Positions 19,204 to 28,972 are shown, counted from the first letter of the stretch. The stretch is DNA of 64,000 nt from Terriglobia bacterium (GCA_965223005.1 CBDCVK010000010.1:1280001-1344000); one strand, 5' to 3'. The notes: generated by a model not told the origin, from the letters alone. Program-made: numbers and translations.

Positions 19204-20220
19204 ATGGCCAAGTCTCGAGCAGCCCCATCGGCTCGCCGACGCAGTGTAGCCCGCCGGTCACGCCAAGGCCGTGCTTCGGCGTCCGTCCGTCGTTCCATTC
19301 AGGCCGAAGAACCGCCGCGGGCCGACCTGCGACGGGCTCCTCGCTCGACCGAACCGGACGAACGGCCGCTGCTGGATCTGGTCGTTATCACCGGCATGAG
19401 CGGTTCGGGCAAAGGATCGGTCCTCAAGGCTTTCGAGGACCTAGGCTATTACTGTGTCGATAACCTGCCGGTGGCCCTGATTTCGACCTTTGCTCAGCTT
19501 TGCCAGACATCGCGAGAAATCTTCCACGCGGCCCTGGTGGTGGACATCCGGGAGCGAGGAGCCTTGGGGCAGCTTCCCGCCATGTTCCGCAAGCTACGCT
19601 CGGGGGCACGCGCCAAGCTGGTATTCCTGGAAGCCAGTGACGAAGTGCTGATGCGTCGCTACAGCGAAACGCGCCGTCCTCACCCGCTCGCCAACGGGCA
19701 TCCAGTCGCACAGGCGATCCGGGCCGAGCGCCAGCGCCTGAGGAAAATTCGGGCGCTGGCTGACGTCACCGTGGACACCACCAAGTTCAATGTCCACGAA
19801 CTGCGCGATTTCATCTATGACCGCTTCAAGGGGACCGAAGAAACTCGCTCGCTGCTGGTCTCCTGCACCAGCTTTGGCTACCGGCACGGGATTCCCTCCG
19901 ACAGCGACCTGGTTTTTGACCTCCGTTTCCTTCCCAATCCCAACTATGTCCCCCAGTTCCGGCACCTTACCGGAAAGCACCCGGGGGTGGCCCGCTACAT
20001 CAAGAGCTTTCCCCAGACCGAGGAGTTCATCCAGCGCATCTCGGAACTGCTCATCTACCTGATTCCCCATTACATCCGCGAGGGGAAGAGCTATCTGAGC
20101 ATTGCCTTCGGCTGCACCGCCGGGCAGCACCGCTCGGTGACACTGGCAGAAACCATCCGTAAGCGCCTGTCGGAAGCCAGCTTCAACACCAAGGTGGTGC
20201 ACAGAGATATCAACCGCTAA
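19204..20220 (+). CDS. rapZ: RNase adapter RapZ with Arg-rich N-terminal extension
   Basis: ITGMSGSGK, EDLGYYCVDNLP, RRYSETRRPHPL, FDLRFLPNP and GCTAGQHRS. Confidence 0.95.
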   Translation: MAKSRAAPSARRRSVARRSRQGRASASVRRSIQAEEPPRADLRRAPRSTEPDERPLLDLVVITGMSGSGKGSVLKAFEDLGYYCVDNLPVALISTFAQLCQTSREIFHAALVVDIRERGALGQLPAMFRKLRSGARAKLVFLEASDEVLMRRYSETRRPHPLANGHPVAQAIRAERQRLRKIRALADVTVDTTKFNVHELRDFIYDRFKGTEETRSLLVSCTSFGYRHGIPSDSDLVFDLRFLPNPNYVPQFRHLTGKHPGVARYIKSFPQTEEFIQRISELLIYLIPHYIREGKSYLSIAFGCTAGQHRSVTLAETIRKRLSEASFNTKVVHRDINR

Positions 20221-20624
20221 CTCACCTTTTCCTTTACACCGGCCGCGAGGCGATGGTACTCTTGCTCGCTGTTTCGCCAAGGTAAGGTAAAGTTCGGCCT
20301 GTTGGGCTGCGCCCGTTGCAGCCATCCCTATACGGAAAGTAGAGTTAGCGCCTGAGTTGATGACAAAATTGCTCCGCGGCCAGGATGGGCCGCGCGCCTC
20401 CCACCGAGCTTGGAGCAGTTGTTCGCGCCACTTGAATTCCGAGCAGCCCTTGGAAATTCATTTCGAATGAACCGGGTCTGCTCGCACGGTCGGCGGTTGT
20501 TCCACGACACCCGGAGTTCCTTCGGTGTTGGATTGGACCCGCGATGAGGCTGCCTCTCCCTGCCGGCTATTCTTCCTTCCGGCTCGCGAAGTGGCCCCAG
20601 TGGGCAGACTGAACACAACGAGAC

Positions 20625-21929
20625 ATGCGCATTGTTGATGTGATTCGCAAGAAGCGGGATGGAGCAGAACTCACCCGCGAGGAACTGGCTCTGCTGGTCG
20701 AAGGGTACGGTCGCAACGAAGTGTCCGACTATCAGGCCGCCGCCTTCCTCATGGCGGTCTATTTCCAGTCGCTTTCCGACAGCGAGCTAGCCGACCTGAC
20801 CGATCTGTATGTCCGCTCGGGAGTGACGGTGGACCTTTCGGAGCTGCCTGGGGTCAAAGTGGACAAGCATTCCACCGGCGGCGTGGGAGACAAGGCAAGC
20901 CTGGTGGTGGCACCCATCGTGGCCGCCGCCGGCTGCCGGGTGCCGATGATTTCCGGCCGCGGCCTGGCCCACACCGGGGGAACGGTGGACAAGCTGGAAT
21001 CCATTCCCGGGTTCAACACCGCTCTGAGCATGGAACAATTCGAACAAGCACTGCGCACCACCGGATGCGCCATCATTGCTCAGACGGCGGAGCTGGCTCC
21101 GGCAGACGGCAAACTCTACTCGCTGCGCGATGCCACGGGAACCGTGGAAAGCATTCCCCTAATCGCCGCCTCCATCATGAGCAAGAAACTGGTGGAGGGG
21201 ATCGACGCGCTGCTGCTGGACGTGAAAACCGGGTCGGGCGCCTTCATGAAAAAGCAGACGGAGGCCCGGCGGCTGGCTCAGGCCATGGTAACGATTGGCC
21301 GCCGGATGGGCAAACGGATGCTGGCCCTGATTACGGATATGGACCAACCGCTGGGTAACGCGGTGGGCAACGCGCTGGAAGTGATGGAAGCCGTCAATAC
21401 CCTGCAAGGCAAGGGACCTCCGGACCTGACGGAGTTGTCGCTGGAACTGGCGGCTCGCATGCTCGCCCTGGCAGATCCCAACCGCAGCGGCGAGGAGGCC
21501 CGCGAGTTGGCCAACTCGCTGCTGGCCGACGGCTCGGCGCTGGCCAAGTTCCGGCAGATCATTGAGGCGCAGGGAGGAGATGCGGGCGTGATCGACGCCT
21601 TCGAGCGCCTCCCCACCGCCTCGGCTGGCCACTCCATCACCACGCCCCGGTCGGGCTACGTGACCCAGGTGAACGCAGAAGAGATCGGGATGGCAGCCGT
21701 GCTGCTGGGCGCCGGCCGCGAACGCCTGGATTCAGCGATTGATCATGCCGTCGGAATCGTGGTCGAGCGCAAGGTGGGCGAACAGGTCGAGGCCGGCGAA
21801 TCCCTCTGCACCCTCTACTACAACGACGAGCGAGGCCTGGAAGAAGCCGTGCAGATGGTAGAAGACGCTTTCCACATCGCCTCAGTGGCCCCCGAGCCCC
21901 GGCCGCTTATCTACGAAGTGATTCAGTAG
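20625..21929 (+). CDS. pdp: Pyrimidine-nucleoside/thymidine phosphorylase
   Basis: IRKKRDG, DKHSTGGVGDK, SGRGLAHTGGTVDKLE, ASIMSKK and DVKTGSGAFMK. Confidence 0.96.
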   Translation: MRIVDVIRKKRDGAELTREELALLVEGYGRNEVSDYQAAAFLMAVYFQSLSDSELADLTDLYVRSGVTVDLSELPGVKVDKHSTGGVGDKASLVVAPIVAAAGCRVPMISGRGLAHTGGTVDKLESIPGFNTALSMEQFEQALRTTGCAIIAQTAELAPADGKLYSLRDATGTVESIPLIAASIMSKKLVEGIDALLLDVKTGSGAFMKKQTEARRLAQAMVTIGRRMGKRMLALITDMDQPLGNAVGNALEVMEAVNTLQGKGPPDLTELSLELAARMLALADPNRSGEEARELANSLLADGSALAKFRQIIEAQGGDAGVIDAFERLPTASAGHSITTPRSGYVTQVNAEEIGMAAVLLGAGRERLDSAIDHAVGIVVERKVGEQVEAGESLCTLYYNDERGLEEAVQMVEDAFHIASVAPEPRPLIYEVIQ

Positions 21930-21951
21930 CAGCGCCCCGGCGGGGCAGTAA

Positions 21952-22109
21952 GGTTCTTCCTTCGTCTTCGGCGAGTTGGGAACCCCCGGGAACACGGTGG
22001 CCAGCTTCGCCTTTCACGTGCTTCCCACCATCATCTTTGCCAGCATCTTAGCCTTCAGTGGATTCTTGGGAACCTGGCCGTGCCGCTGGCCTGGCTCATG
22101 GGCGTGCCC
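21952..22109 (+). pseudogene. nupC: Remnant of a NupC/CNT nucleoside transporter (two distant segments joined out of frame)
   Basis: GSSFVFGELG..FAFHVLPTIIFAS in one frame, then LSLQWILGNLAVPLAWLMGVP in another; both resemble conserved CNT segments; sits between pdp and cdd. Confidence 0.75.
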
Positions 22110-22174
22110 TTGAAAGCTGTCAGGAAAACGAACCCGCAAGTCCATGACTTTATGATTTAGGCCCGACAACTCCC

Positions 22175-22469
22175 ATGGCCAGCGAACAGGAATTGACGGC
22201 GGCTGCCTGGGCCGCCCGAGAGAACGCCGTTGCCGATTTCTCCCGCTTCCGCGTTGGGGCAGCGCTCCTTCCGCCGCCTGGTGGTAGCCGCCGATACGGA
22301 CCATCCGACGCCGCCCTGCGGCGCCTGCCGGCAACTGCTGTGGGAGTTCTGCGGCGACATTCCCATTCTGCTAGTCAACCGCCGCGGGCAGCGCGAGACG
22401 GTCCAACTGCGCGACCTGCTTCCCCGCCCCTTCGACCGCTCCTTTCTCAGCATGCAGCCGGAAAGTTGA
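22175..22469 (+). pseudogene. cdd: Cytidine deaminase with internal deletion and frameshift
   Basis: AARENAVADFSRFRVGAAL in one frame, then RSFRRLVVA..TPPCGACRQLLWEF..LLPRPF in another; the central GxNVEN..CAE segment is missing. Confidence 0.88.
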
Positions 22470-22480
22470 ACAGCGACTTG

Positions 22481-23823
22481 ATGAGCGCCCCAAACCGATC
22501 CGCGCTCTGGAAAGCTCCACTGGCATCGTTTCTGGTCTACGTGTTGCCGATCGTTACGGTCCACATCTTGATTCCCTGGGGGATGATCCTGGCGATGGAA
22601 ATATCCCGGGGCCGGGGGACCGCGAAGCTCTCTGGGTGGCAGCGGATGTGGCCCTAGCCTTGGGGTTGCAGGCAGCCGCGGGGCTGCTATGGTTCTGGTA
22701 TTTCCGCGCGCCGAGCTGGAAGCGCCTAGGCGCGGTATTCGCGACGGTCCCGTTGTTCTTCGCCGCATTGCAATGGCTCTACCTGATCGTCATCCCGACC
22801 TGGTTTCTGGTGGAAGCAGACACAAAAGCGGGAAAAACGCCGTGGGTGCAGCAGTGTAGCGTTCCCGGACATTATCTTGCAGCCATCAAGACGCCTCCCG
22901 ATCTGGCTTTGGCCAACGCGTCGGAGGCCTGGGTTGCGGAGGTAAAAAGCTCACGGCTGGGGATTCTGCGGATGCCGGAGTGCGAGGTCTTGCCCGTCAA
23001 CCTGAAGTGGAGCAATGTGAATCCTCGGCTTGCCTCGGTCGCTCCGGGAGGCCGAGCTGTCTATGCCACCTACGAACGGCCTACGAATGCCGAGAGCTGG
23101 TGGTATGTCGGGGGACCGAATCAGGAGCCTTTACAACTAAAGAAGCCGGAGCGTACGGATCGCCAGCAGCCCATTCTTTCCTCAGATGGGCAATGGGTCG
23201 GATGGCTCCAGCGCATCAGAGGCGGTCCCGGTAGGTCGCAGATGCAGGCCATTTTGCAGAATCCGCTCAGCGGCAAGGAGCTGACGGTTGGGCTCCCTTC
23301 GTACCGCTCCGGACGCTTTCGTCTCCTGAGCGCAGATCTGGAGGCGCCTTCCTTGTTCCTGGAATACGACTACAGGCAATTCCTGCGCGTTGGACTGGAT
23401 GGAAGCGTTCTTGAGGAGCCCTGGAAGCCCGCGGGAGTGAAAGCTTCGGGAGAAAGCCTTCTGCGCCTTGCCGGTGGCTGGGTGGCGTGGGACAGCTACA
23501 AAGACCGTGGCAGCTACATGGTTTCCTGGTCGGTGGGGAAGGGCGTTGGGCAACACCGGGTCCTGAAAGGACGCAACATCACCTCGCTGGCCATCGACCC
23601 GGAGGGCCAGTACCTGGCGGTGAGCGTGAGCACCGGGCTGAACATCGGCAAGATTCAGGACGCGGTTTACGTTCTGCGGACCTCGGACGGTTCCGCGGTG
23701 CTTCGGAAGTACCTGCCGATGTACTCCCGAAGCCAGGTGGCGTTCTTCGGCTCGAAGTTCTTCGCCTACTCCGAGTCCTTTCCCCGCCCCGGAGCTGTCC
23801 GTGTGCTGCGGCTCCCGCAATGA
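22481..23823 (+). pseudogene. Membrane-anchored beta-propeller-like protein, apparently frameshifted at a G5 run (22614-22618)
   Basis: Hydrophobic N-terminus from ATG 22481 stops at 22657; one extra G joins it to ..GDREALWVAADVALALG of the 22636-23823 ORF, which has propeller-like strands (LSSDGQWVGW, AIDPEGQYLAVS). Confidence 0.6.
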
Positions 23824-23891
23824 GAACTCTAGCCACCCAAGCCCCCGCTCGGGCACGGGGAGGCAGCTTCCGCGGTGCCCAAGACAGCCTG

Positions 23892-24239
23892 TTAATGTGC
23901 CAGGCGGCTGGGCGGGTCTTCGGCGAATTGGCGGGAATTGCGGGTGAGGCGGAGGTGCTCCAGCAGGTCCTCAGGCGAGCCGAAGACCAACTGGCGGTCG
24001 CGGCTGTGTTCACGCGCCCGTTCCTCCAGGCTGTTAACCAGCTTGTAGAACTTCTTCAGCGCAAAAATATCGCCGACGCCTTCCAGGCGCACTCCCCGTT
24101 GGGTAAAAATCACGTCCACCGGGTAGGTGCAGGAGACAGCACCGGCGCCCGACTCGGAACACTCCAGGAAAATTCGCACGCCCTCGTTGTGGCCCTTGTT
24201 GTGGCCCTCGTTATAGCGAAGATAGCCGATAAATCCCAT
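23892..24239 (-). CDS. Hypothetical protein (115 aa)
   Basis: ATG 17 nt downstream of the preceding gene; internal 12-bp duplication (EGHNKGHNEG). Confidence 0.6.
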   Translation of the reverse strand: MGFIGYLRYNEGHNKGHNEGVRIFLECSESGAGAVSCTYPVDVIFTQRGVRLEGVGDIFALKKFYKLVNSLEERAREHSRDRQLVFGSPEDLLEHLRLTRNSRQFAEDPPSRLAH

Positions 24240-24256
24240 CGCTGCCGCTGTTCCCT

Positions 24257-25063
24257 TTAGCCGAAAAGCCTGGCCATCAGTGATTTCTTTTTCTCTGGTG
24301 CCGGCAGGTTCAGTGCGCCTAACACAGTCTCAATCTCCGCCTCTGACGCCGGGGGCGACTTCCGTGAAAAATACACGACTTCCTGGAAGGTACAGAAGCG
24401 GTCCACGCAAAAGAAACAGGCGCCGAGATGTTGGAGAGTCAGTTCGCGTTCCCGCCAGCTGATCTGGCCGTCTACGATGCGGTGAAACGCGAGGTACGGG
24501 TAGCAGTCCTGGCTCTCCCGGCTCAAAACAGCTTCCACCAACACCGGCCGGGAGGAACTCAGGGAATCCTGGCTCCAGGAGTCCATGGCCGCGCGCAAGC
24601 CCTCCTGGGTAGTCTGCATGATTTTGGCGGCGGTCTCTTCTTTCATGTTCAGGATCGGGGCAACTCTGTCCAACGGATAGCCCAGCATGAACAGCCAGAC
24701 CACCTGGCGTTGCAGTCCACTGAACTCTTTTAGCGCCGCTTCCAGTACCTCCAGGGTGACCGGCGGAGCCGTGGGAGCGGGAAGTCCAGCCAGAACCCGT
24801 CCCCGCTCGAGCATGTACCGGCGGAAGTGCACCATGAATTCCCGCTCCGCCCGCCCAGTGAAGGAGCCGAAGAAGTGGCCGTCATCATCGAGCATTCCGG
24901 CAAAGACGCCGGGCAGCAGGCGATCCGCGTCACCGGAAAGCTGGGGAAAATATTGCGGCAGAAAATGGCGCGCCAGCGGCAGGTAGGTAGTCACAAACTC
25001 CCGCCAGGCGCGCGGATCGCGGCGCCGGCAACCTTCAATCATGTCCTGGAAGGTATAGACCAT
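24257..25063 (-). CDS. Degenerate ECF sigma-like protein fused to a C-terminal zf-HC2/ZAS zinc finger
   Basis: Region-2-like CRRRDPRAWREFV..DADRLLPGVF; region-4-like QRQVVWLFMLGYPLDRVAPILNM; C-x24-HLGACFFC. Confidence 0.7.
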   Translation of the reverse strand: MVYTFQDMIEGCRRRDPRAWREFVTTYLPLARHFLPQYFPQLSGDADRLLPGVFAGMLDDDGHFFGSFTGRAEREFMVHFRRYMLERGRVLAGLPAPTAPPVTLEVLEAALKEFSGLQRQVVWLFMLGYPLDRVAPILNMKEETAAKIMQTTQEGLRAAMDSWSQDSLSSSRPVLVEAVLSRESQDCYPYLAFHRIVDGQISWRERELTLQHLGACFFCVDRFCTFQEVVYFSRKSPPASEAEIETVLGALNLPAPEKKKSLMARLFG

Positions 25064-25160
25064 GCCTCAGAGGTTCATTCTATCCGCAGCGACCGAAACT
25101 TTTCCACTGAATGCGGGTATATCCCTTACAGAAGGCAAGGACAAGCTGAGAGGAGGTTGA

Positions 25161-26018
25161 ATGTTGAGAGGACTGTTGTTAACACTGCTTTTTATGGCAT
25201 GCGTAATGCTGCCGGCTTCGGCGGAGGCTCTGGAACCCGATCCGGCTGGCGACCCTTTCGAGGCGGGACCGGCAGCCCCACCCCCACCCCCGCCTCCTGT
25301 CGACTTTGAAGCTCCCGGCTCCAGACGGCGGGCTGGGCCATGCAGACACGGTCGAGGGTCGGGCCACCACTCCAGCCCATACCGCCAGTTTGGACGTGAC
25401 TATAGTTTCGGACCTGGCAGACACGGCGGTCCCCCCGGCTATAACCGCGGATTTGGTCCCGAACACGGCCGGTTTGGACGCGATTTTACTTCCGGACCTG
25501 GCAGACACGGTGGTCCCCCCGGCTATAGCCGCGGGTTTGGTCCCGGACAAGGCAGCTTCGTAGGCGGGCGCAGTTCCCACCCGGGCAGGATGTTATTCAG
25601 TGAGAGGGCGCGCCGCCAATTGGGTCTGAGCGAAGAGCAGTCCAGCCGCCTCCGGCAGCTGGGCCTGGAGGCGCGCAAGAGCGCTATCCGCCGGCGGGCT
25701 GACATGGAAACTAAACAGCTTGAACTGGAAGAGTTGCTGGGCGCGGCCGAGCCCGACCGGGCAGCAATTGACCGCACCGTCCAGGAGATCGGCGCCTTGC
25801 ATGCGGCGCGGATGAAGGTGGGTATTGACCAGCGCCTGAACTTCCAGGACGTGCTCACCCCGGAACAGCGGGAGAAGATGCGCGAGCTTCGGGAACAAGG
25901 TTTCCGTGGCCGGAGATCCGGCCGGGAGGCCGGGAAGTGGAAGCATGGTGACCGCCCCGGGAGGCCTCCGTGGGCACCTTCGGAGCCAGATCCTCCGCCT
26001 TCCCCACCGGAGCAGTAA
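25161..26018 (+). CDS. Periplasmic Spy/CpxP (LTXXQ) family protein with Gly/Pro-rich insert
   Basis: Signal peptide; LGLSEEQ and VLTPEQREK motifs; PDRAAID. Confidence 0.85.
   Translation: MLRGLLLTLLFMACVMLPASAEALEPDPAGDPFEAGPAAPPPPPPPVDFEAPGSRRRAGPCRHGRGSGHHSSPYRQFGRDYSFGPGRHGGPPGYNRGFGPEHGRFGRDFTSGPGRHGGPPGYSRGFGPGQGSFVGGRSSHPGRMLFSERARRQLGLSEEQSSRLRQLGLEARKSAIRRRADMETKQLELEELLGAAEPDRAAIDRTVQEIGALHAARMKVGIDQRLNFQDVLTPEQREKMRELREQGFRGRRSGREAGKWKHGDRPGRPPWAPSEPDPPPSPPEQ
25386..25553 (+). repeat. 84-bp (28-aa) tandem repeat x2 in the Spy-like gene
   Basis: QFGRDYSFGPGRHGGPPGYNRGFGPEHG / RFGRDFTSGPGRHGGPPGYSRGFGPGQG. Confidence 0.92.
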
Positions 26019-26065
26019 CAGCGGCTGGCTTTAAGCGGGCAGGTCGCGCACTGGCGACCTGCCCA

Positions 26066-27247
26066 TTACTTTCCTCCGAGCAGGAGCTTAGCGATTGTCT
26101 GGAGCTGCATGTTGGAAGTGCCTTCGTAAATCTTGCCAATCTTGGAGTCCCGCCAGAGCTTTTCGACCGGGTAGTCCTTGGTAAAGCCATAGCCCCCGAG
26201 AACTTCAATGGACAGCGAGCTGACCCGCTCGGCGACCTGCGAGGCAAAATACTTGGCCATCGCCGCCTCTTTCAGGAAGGGCTGGCCGGAGTCCTTCAAG
26301 CGTGCTGCGTTGTAAGTCATCACCCTCGCGGCCTCCACGTCCACGGCCATCTCGGCCAACTGGAATTGCACCGCCTGGAATTCGGCGATAGTGCGACCGA
26401 ACTGCTTGCGTTCCTTCGCGTACTGCAGGGCATAGTCCAGCGCCCCCTGGGCCAACCCGGTCATCTGGGCGGCGATACCGATGCGGCCTTCGTTCAGGGT
26501 TTCGATGGCGATCTTGTACCCCCTGCCGACCTCGCCCAGCACGTTTTCTTTGGGCACGCGGCAATCCTCCAGCAGCAACTCGCAGGTGGAGGAAGCGCGG
26601 ATGCCGAGCTTGTCCTCCTTCTTGCCCACGCGGAAGCCGGGCGCCTCGTGCTCGATCAGGAAGGCGGTGACGCCGCGGTAGCCGGCCGACGGATCAGCGT
26701 TAGCAAACAGCAGGAACAAGCCGGCTTCCTTGGCGTTGGTCGTCCAGAGTTTGCGGCCATTGAGCAGGAAGTGGTCGCTGCGGTCTTCGGCGCGGGCGGC
26801 CATGGCAAAGGCATCGCTGCCGGAGCCGGCCTCCGACAGCGCGTAGGCGCCCACCACCTCGGTCGCCAGCCGCGGCAAAAACCGCTGCTTCTGCTCCGGG
26901 CTTCCCCAGTGGAGCAAGGCGTTGTTCACCAGCGTGTTCTGCACGTCCACCACCACCGCCGCCGAGGGATCGGCTGCCGACAACTCCTCGATCGCTACGA
27001 TGCACTGGAAAAACGACCCGCCGGCCCCGCTGTATTCTTCCGGTACCTCGATGCTCATCCAGCCAAGCTGGAAGAACTCCCGGATCAGCTCCATGCTGAA
27101 CTGTCCCTGCTCATCCATCTCCTTGGCCAGCGGCCTTACCCGCTCCTGAGCAAACTGCCGCACGCTGTCCCGGAACATTTGCTCCTCTTCCGAGAGGGTG
27201 GTGAGCGCGGGAACCACCGCCGGGAGATGCACTGTGGGTTCAGCCAT
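26066..27247 (-). CDS. Short/branched-chain acyl-CoA dehydrogenase
   Basis: YALSEAGSGSDA, LNGRKLWTTN, KLGIRASST, LNEGRIGIAAQ and KIYEGTSNMQ. Confidence 0.95.
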   Translation of the reverse strand: MAEPTVHLPAVVPALTTLSEEEQMFRDSVRQFAQERVRPLAKEMDEQGQFSMELIREFFQLGWMSIEVPEEYSGAGGSFFQCIVAIEELSAADPSAAVVVDVQNTLVNNALLHWGSPEQKQRFLPRLATEVVGAYALSEAGSGSDAFAMAARAEDRSDHFLLNGRKLWTTNAKEAGLFLLFANADPSAGYRGVTAFLIEHEAPGFRVGKKEDKLGIRASSTCELLLEDCRVPKENVLGEVGRGYKIAIETLNEGRIGIAAQMTGLAQGALDYALQYAKERKQFGRTIAEFQAVQFQLAEMAVDVEAARVMTYNAARLKDSGQPFLKEAAMAKYFASQVAERVSSLSIEVLGGYGFTKDYPVEKLWRDSKIGKIYEGTSNMQLQTIAKLLLGGK

Positions 27248-27342
27248 GCGGGCCTCCAGCAACTGGCGCTAATTCTAGCATGCTCGCCTGACGGCCATCC
27301 GCCGTCCACCGCCGGAGTGCAGCCTCCGAACCGTTACCGCCA

Positions 27343-27416
27343 GTAGCGCCGGCATCTTGCCGGCAAGTTCCCAAAATCGCGAAGACGGAAGGAAGCTTTG
27401 CCGGCGAGACGGCGGC
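27343..27416. repeat. GTAG-type REP-like inverted pair
   Basis: gtagcgccggcatcttgccggc ... gccggcgagacggcggc; palindromic arms in inverted orientation. Confidence 0.65.
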
Positions 27417-27427
27417 ATGACCGGGCG

Positions 27428-27460
27428 AAAAGCAGGTTCCTCGCTCCGCTCGAAATGACA
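27428..27460 (-). repeat. Palindromic interspersed element of the GTCATTCCGAGCGAAGCGAGGAATC type
   Basis: Minus strand reads tgtcatttcgagcggagcgaggaacctgctttt; family recognised from memory, only one copy in the window. Confidence 0.55.
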
Positions 27461-27478
27461 AACACGTGGAGGCTGGGT

Positions 27479-27928
27479 TTACGACTGGGACTTGGCGGGT
27501 TCGGGCTGGGGTTCGGCTTTCTTCTTCTTTTTCTTCTCGGGTTCGCGCTTTTTGACTTCGCTGCCGATCAACTCCACCATGGCCAGCTCGGCCCCGTCGC
27601 CTTTGCGCCAGCCAAGGCGGGTCAAGCGGGTGTATCCACCATTGCGGTCACCAAAGCGGGCCGCGATGGCGTCAAACAACTTCTTGACCGCTGCCGGGCC
27701 CTTCAGGAAGGCGGCCGCCTGGCGGCGCGCGTGAAGGATATCCTTGGGTTCGCCGCCTCGCTTCCCTAGCGTAATCATCCGCTCGGCGAACGGCCTCAAG
27801 AACTTGGCCTTCTCTACCGTGGTGGTGACGCGCTCGTGAAGAATCAGCGAGGTCACCAGGTTGCGGAGGAGAGCGCGGCGATGCGCTGTATGTCTCCCCA
27901 GTTTCCAACTTGCTCGGCGATGTCTCAT
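27479..27928 (-). CDS. rplQ: 50S ribosomal protein L17
   Basis: [17 protein letters not shown] and GGYTR; Lys-rich tail. Confidence 0.97.
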   Translation of the reverse strand: MRHRRASWKLGRHTAHRRALLRNLVTSLILHERVTTTVEKAKFLRPFAERMITLGKRGGEPKDILHARRQAAAFLKGPAAVKKLFDAIAARFGDRNGGYTRLTRLGWRKGDGAELAMVELIGSEVKKREPEKKKKKKAEPQPEPAKSQS

Positions 27929-27973
27929 TGCTCTTAGACTCGCGCGCGGTTCTTGGACTCGCGCTGGCGACTT

Positions 27974-28972
27974 TTAAATTTCTTGCCCCGGGGGCGGAGG
28001 GACCAACTGCCCGCGCTCATTGATGCGCATGCCCAAGCTGAGACCCATGGTGTGCAAGATCGCCTTGATTTCGTTCAACGACTTGCGCCCGAAGTTCTTG
28101 GTCTTGAGCATCTCCTGCTCGCTCTTGATCACCAGTTCGCCGATGGTCTGGATCTGCGCATTCTTCAGGCAGTTATAGGAGCGGACCGAAAGCTCCAGTT
28201 CCTCGACCGAGCGGTTCAGGTGCTCGTTGAGGCGCTCCACGCTGGTGTCCACTTCCGTCTCCACCGCTTCCGGGATCTCTTCGAAATTGATGAAGATGGA
28301 CATGTGGTCCTTTAGCAGCTTGGCGGCCAAACCGATGGAATCCTGCGGCAAGATCGCGCCGTTGGTCCAGACTTCCAGGACCAACTTGTCGTAATCGGTC
28401 ATCTGGCCCAGCCGGGCCGCTTCGACGGTGTAATTGACCTTGCGCACCGGAGAGTGCACGGAGTCGACCGGGATGAAGCCGACACCGAGGTCGTCGTCAA
28501 AGTTCTTGTCGGCGCTGCGGTAGCCACGACCCTGCTTCAGGCGCAGCTCGATCGAGAGATCGCCGCCCTCGCCGACGGTGGCCACATACAGCTCCTTGTC
28601 CAGCACTTCACAATCTGCACTGGTCTGGATGACGCCGGAGGTCACCACACCGGGGCTGTTGACGCGCAAGTGGGCGGTCTTAGGCCCTTCGCCGGCCATC
28701 TTGAAGGGGATTTGCTTCAAGTTGAGGATGATGTCTGTGGCATCCTCAACCACCCCGGGGATGGAGCTGAACTCGTGCAGTACGCCCTCAATCTTGATGG
28801 CGGTCACCGCCGCCCCCTCAATCGAGCTGAGCAGGACACGACGCAGGGCATTGCCCACAGTAGTGCCGAAGCCGCGCTCGAACGGCTGGGCGGTGAACAT
28901 GCCGTACTTGTCGCTCAGGGTTTCCAGGCTAGAAGCCAGCCGCTTGGGCTTTTGAAAACCTCTCCACAGCAT
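27974..28972 (-). CDS. rpoA: RNA polymerase alpha subunit
   Basis: [34 protein letters not shown] and [11 protein letters not shown]. Confidence 0.98.
   Translation of the reverse strand: MLWRGFQKPKRLASSLETLSDKYGMFTAQPFERGFGTTVGNALRRVLLSSIEGAAVTAIKIEGVLHEFSSIPGVVEDATDIILNLKQIPFKMAGEGPKTAHLRVNSPGVVTSGVIQTSADCEVLDKELYVATVGEGGDLSIELRLKQGRGYRSADKNFDDDLGVGFIPVDSVHSPVRKVNYTVEAARLGQMTDYDKLVLEVWTNGAILPQDSIGLAAKLLKDHMSIFINFEEIPEAVETEVDTSVERLNEHLNRSVEELELSVRSYNCLKNAQIQTIGELVIKSEQEMLKTKNFGRKSLNEIKAILHTMGLSLGMRINERGQLVPPPPGQEI

Noticed and set aside
22175-22657. 160-aa ORF as a real cdd fusion or programmed frameshift
   Set aside because: It is a by-product of the deletion; the catalytic segment is absent in every frame.
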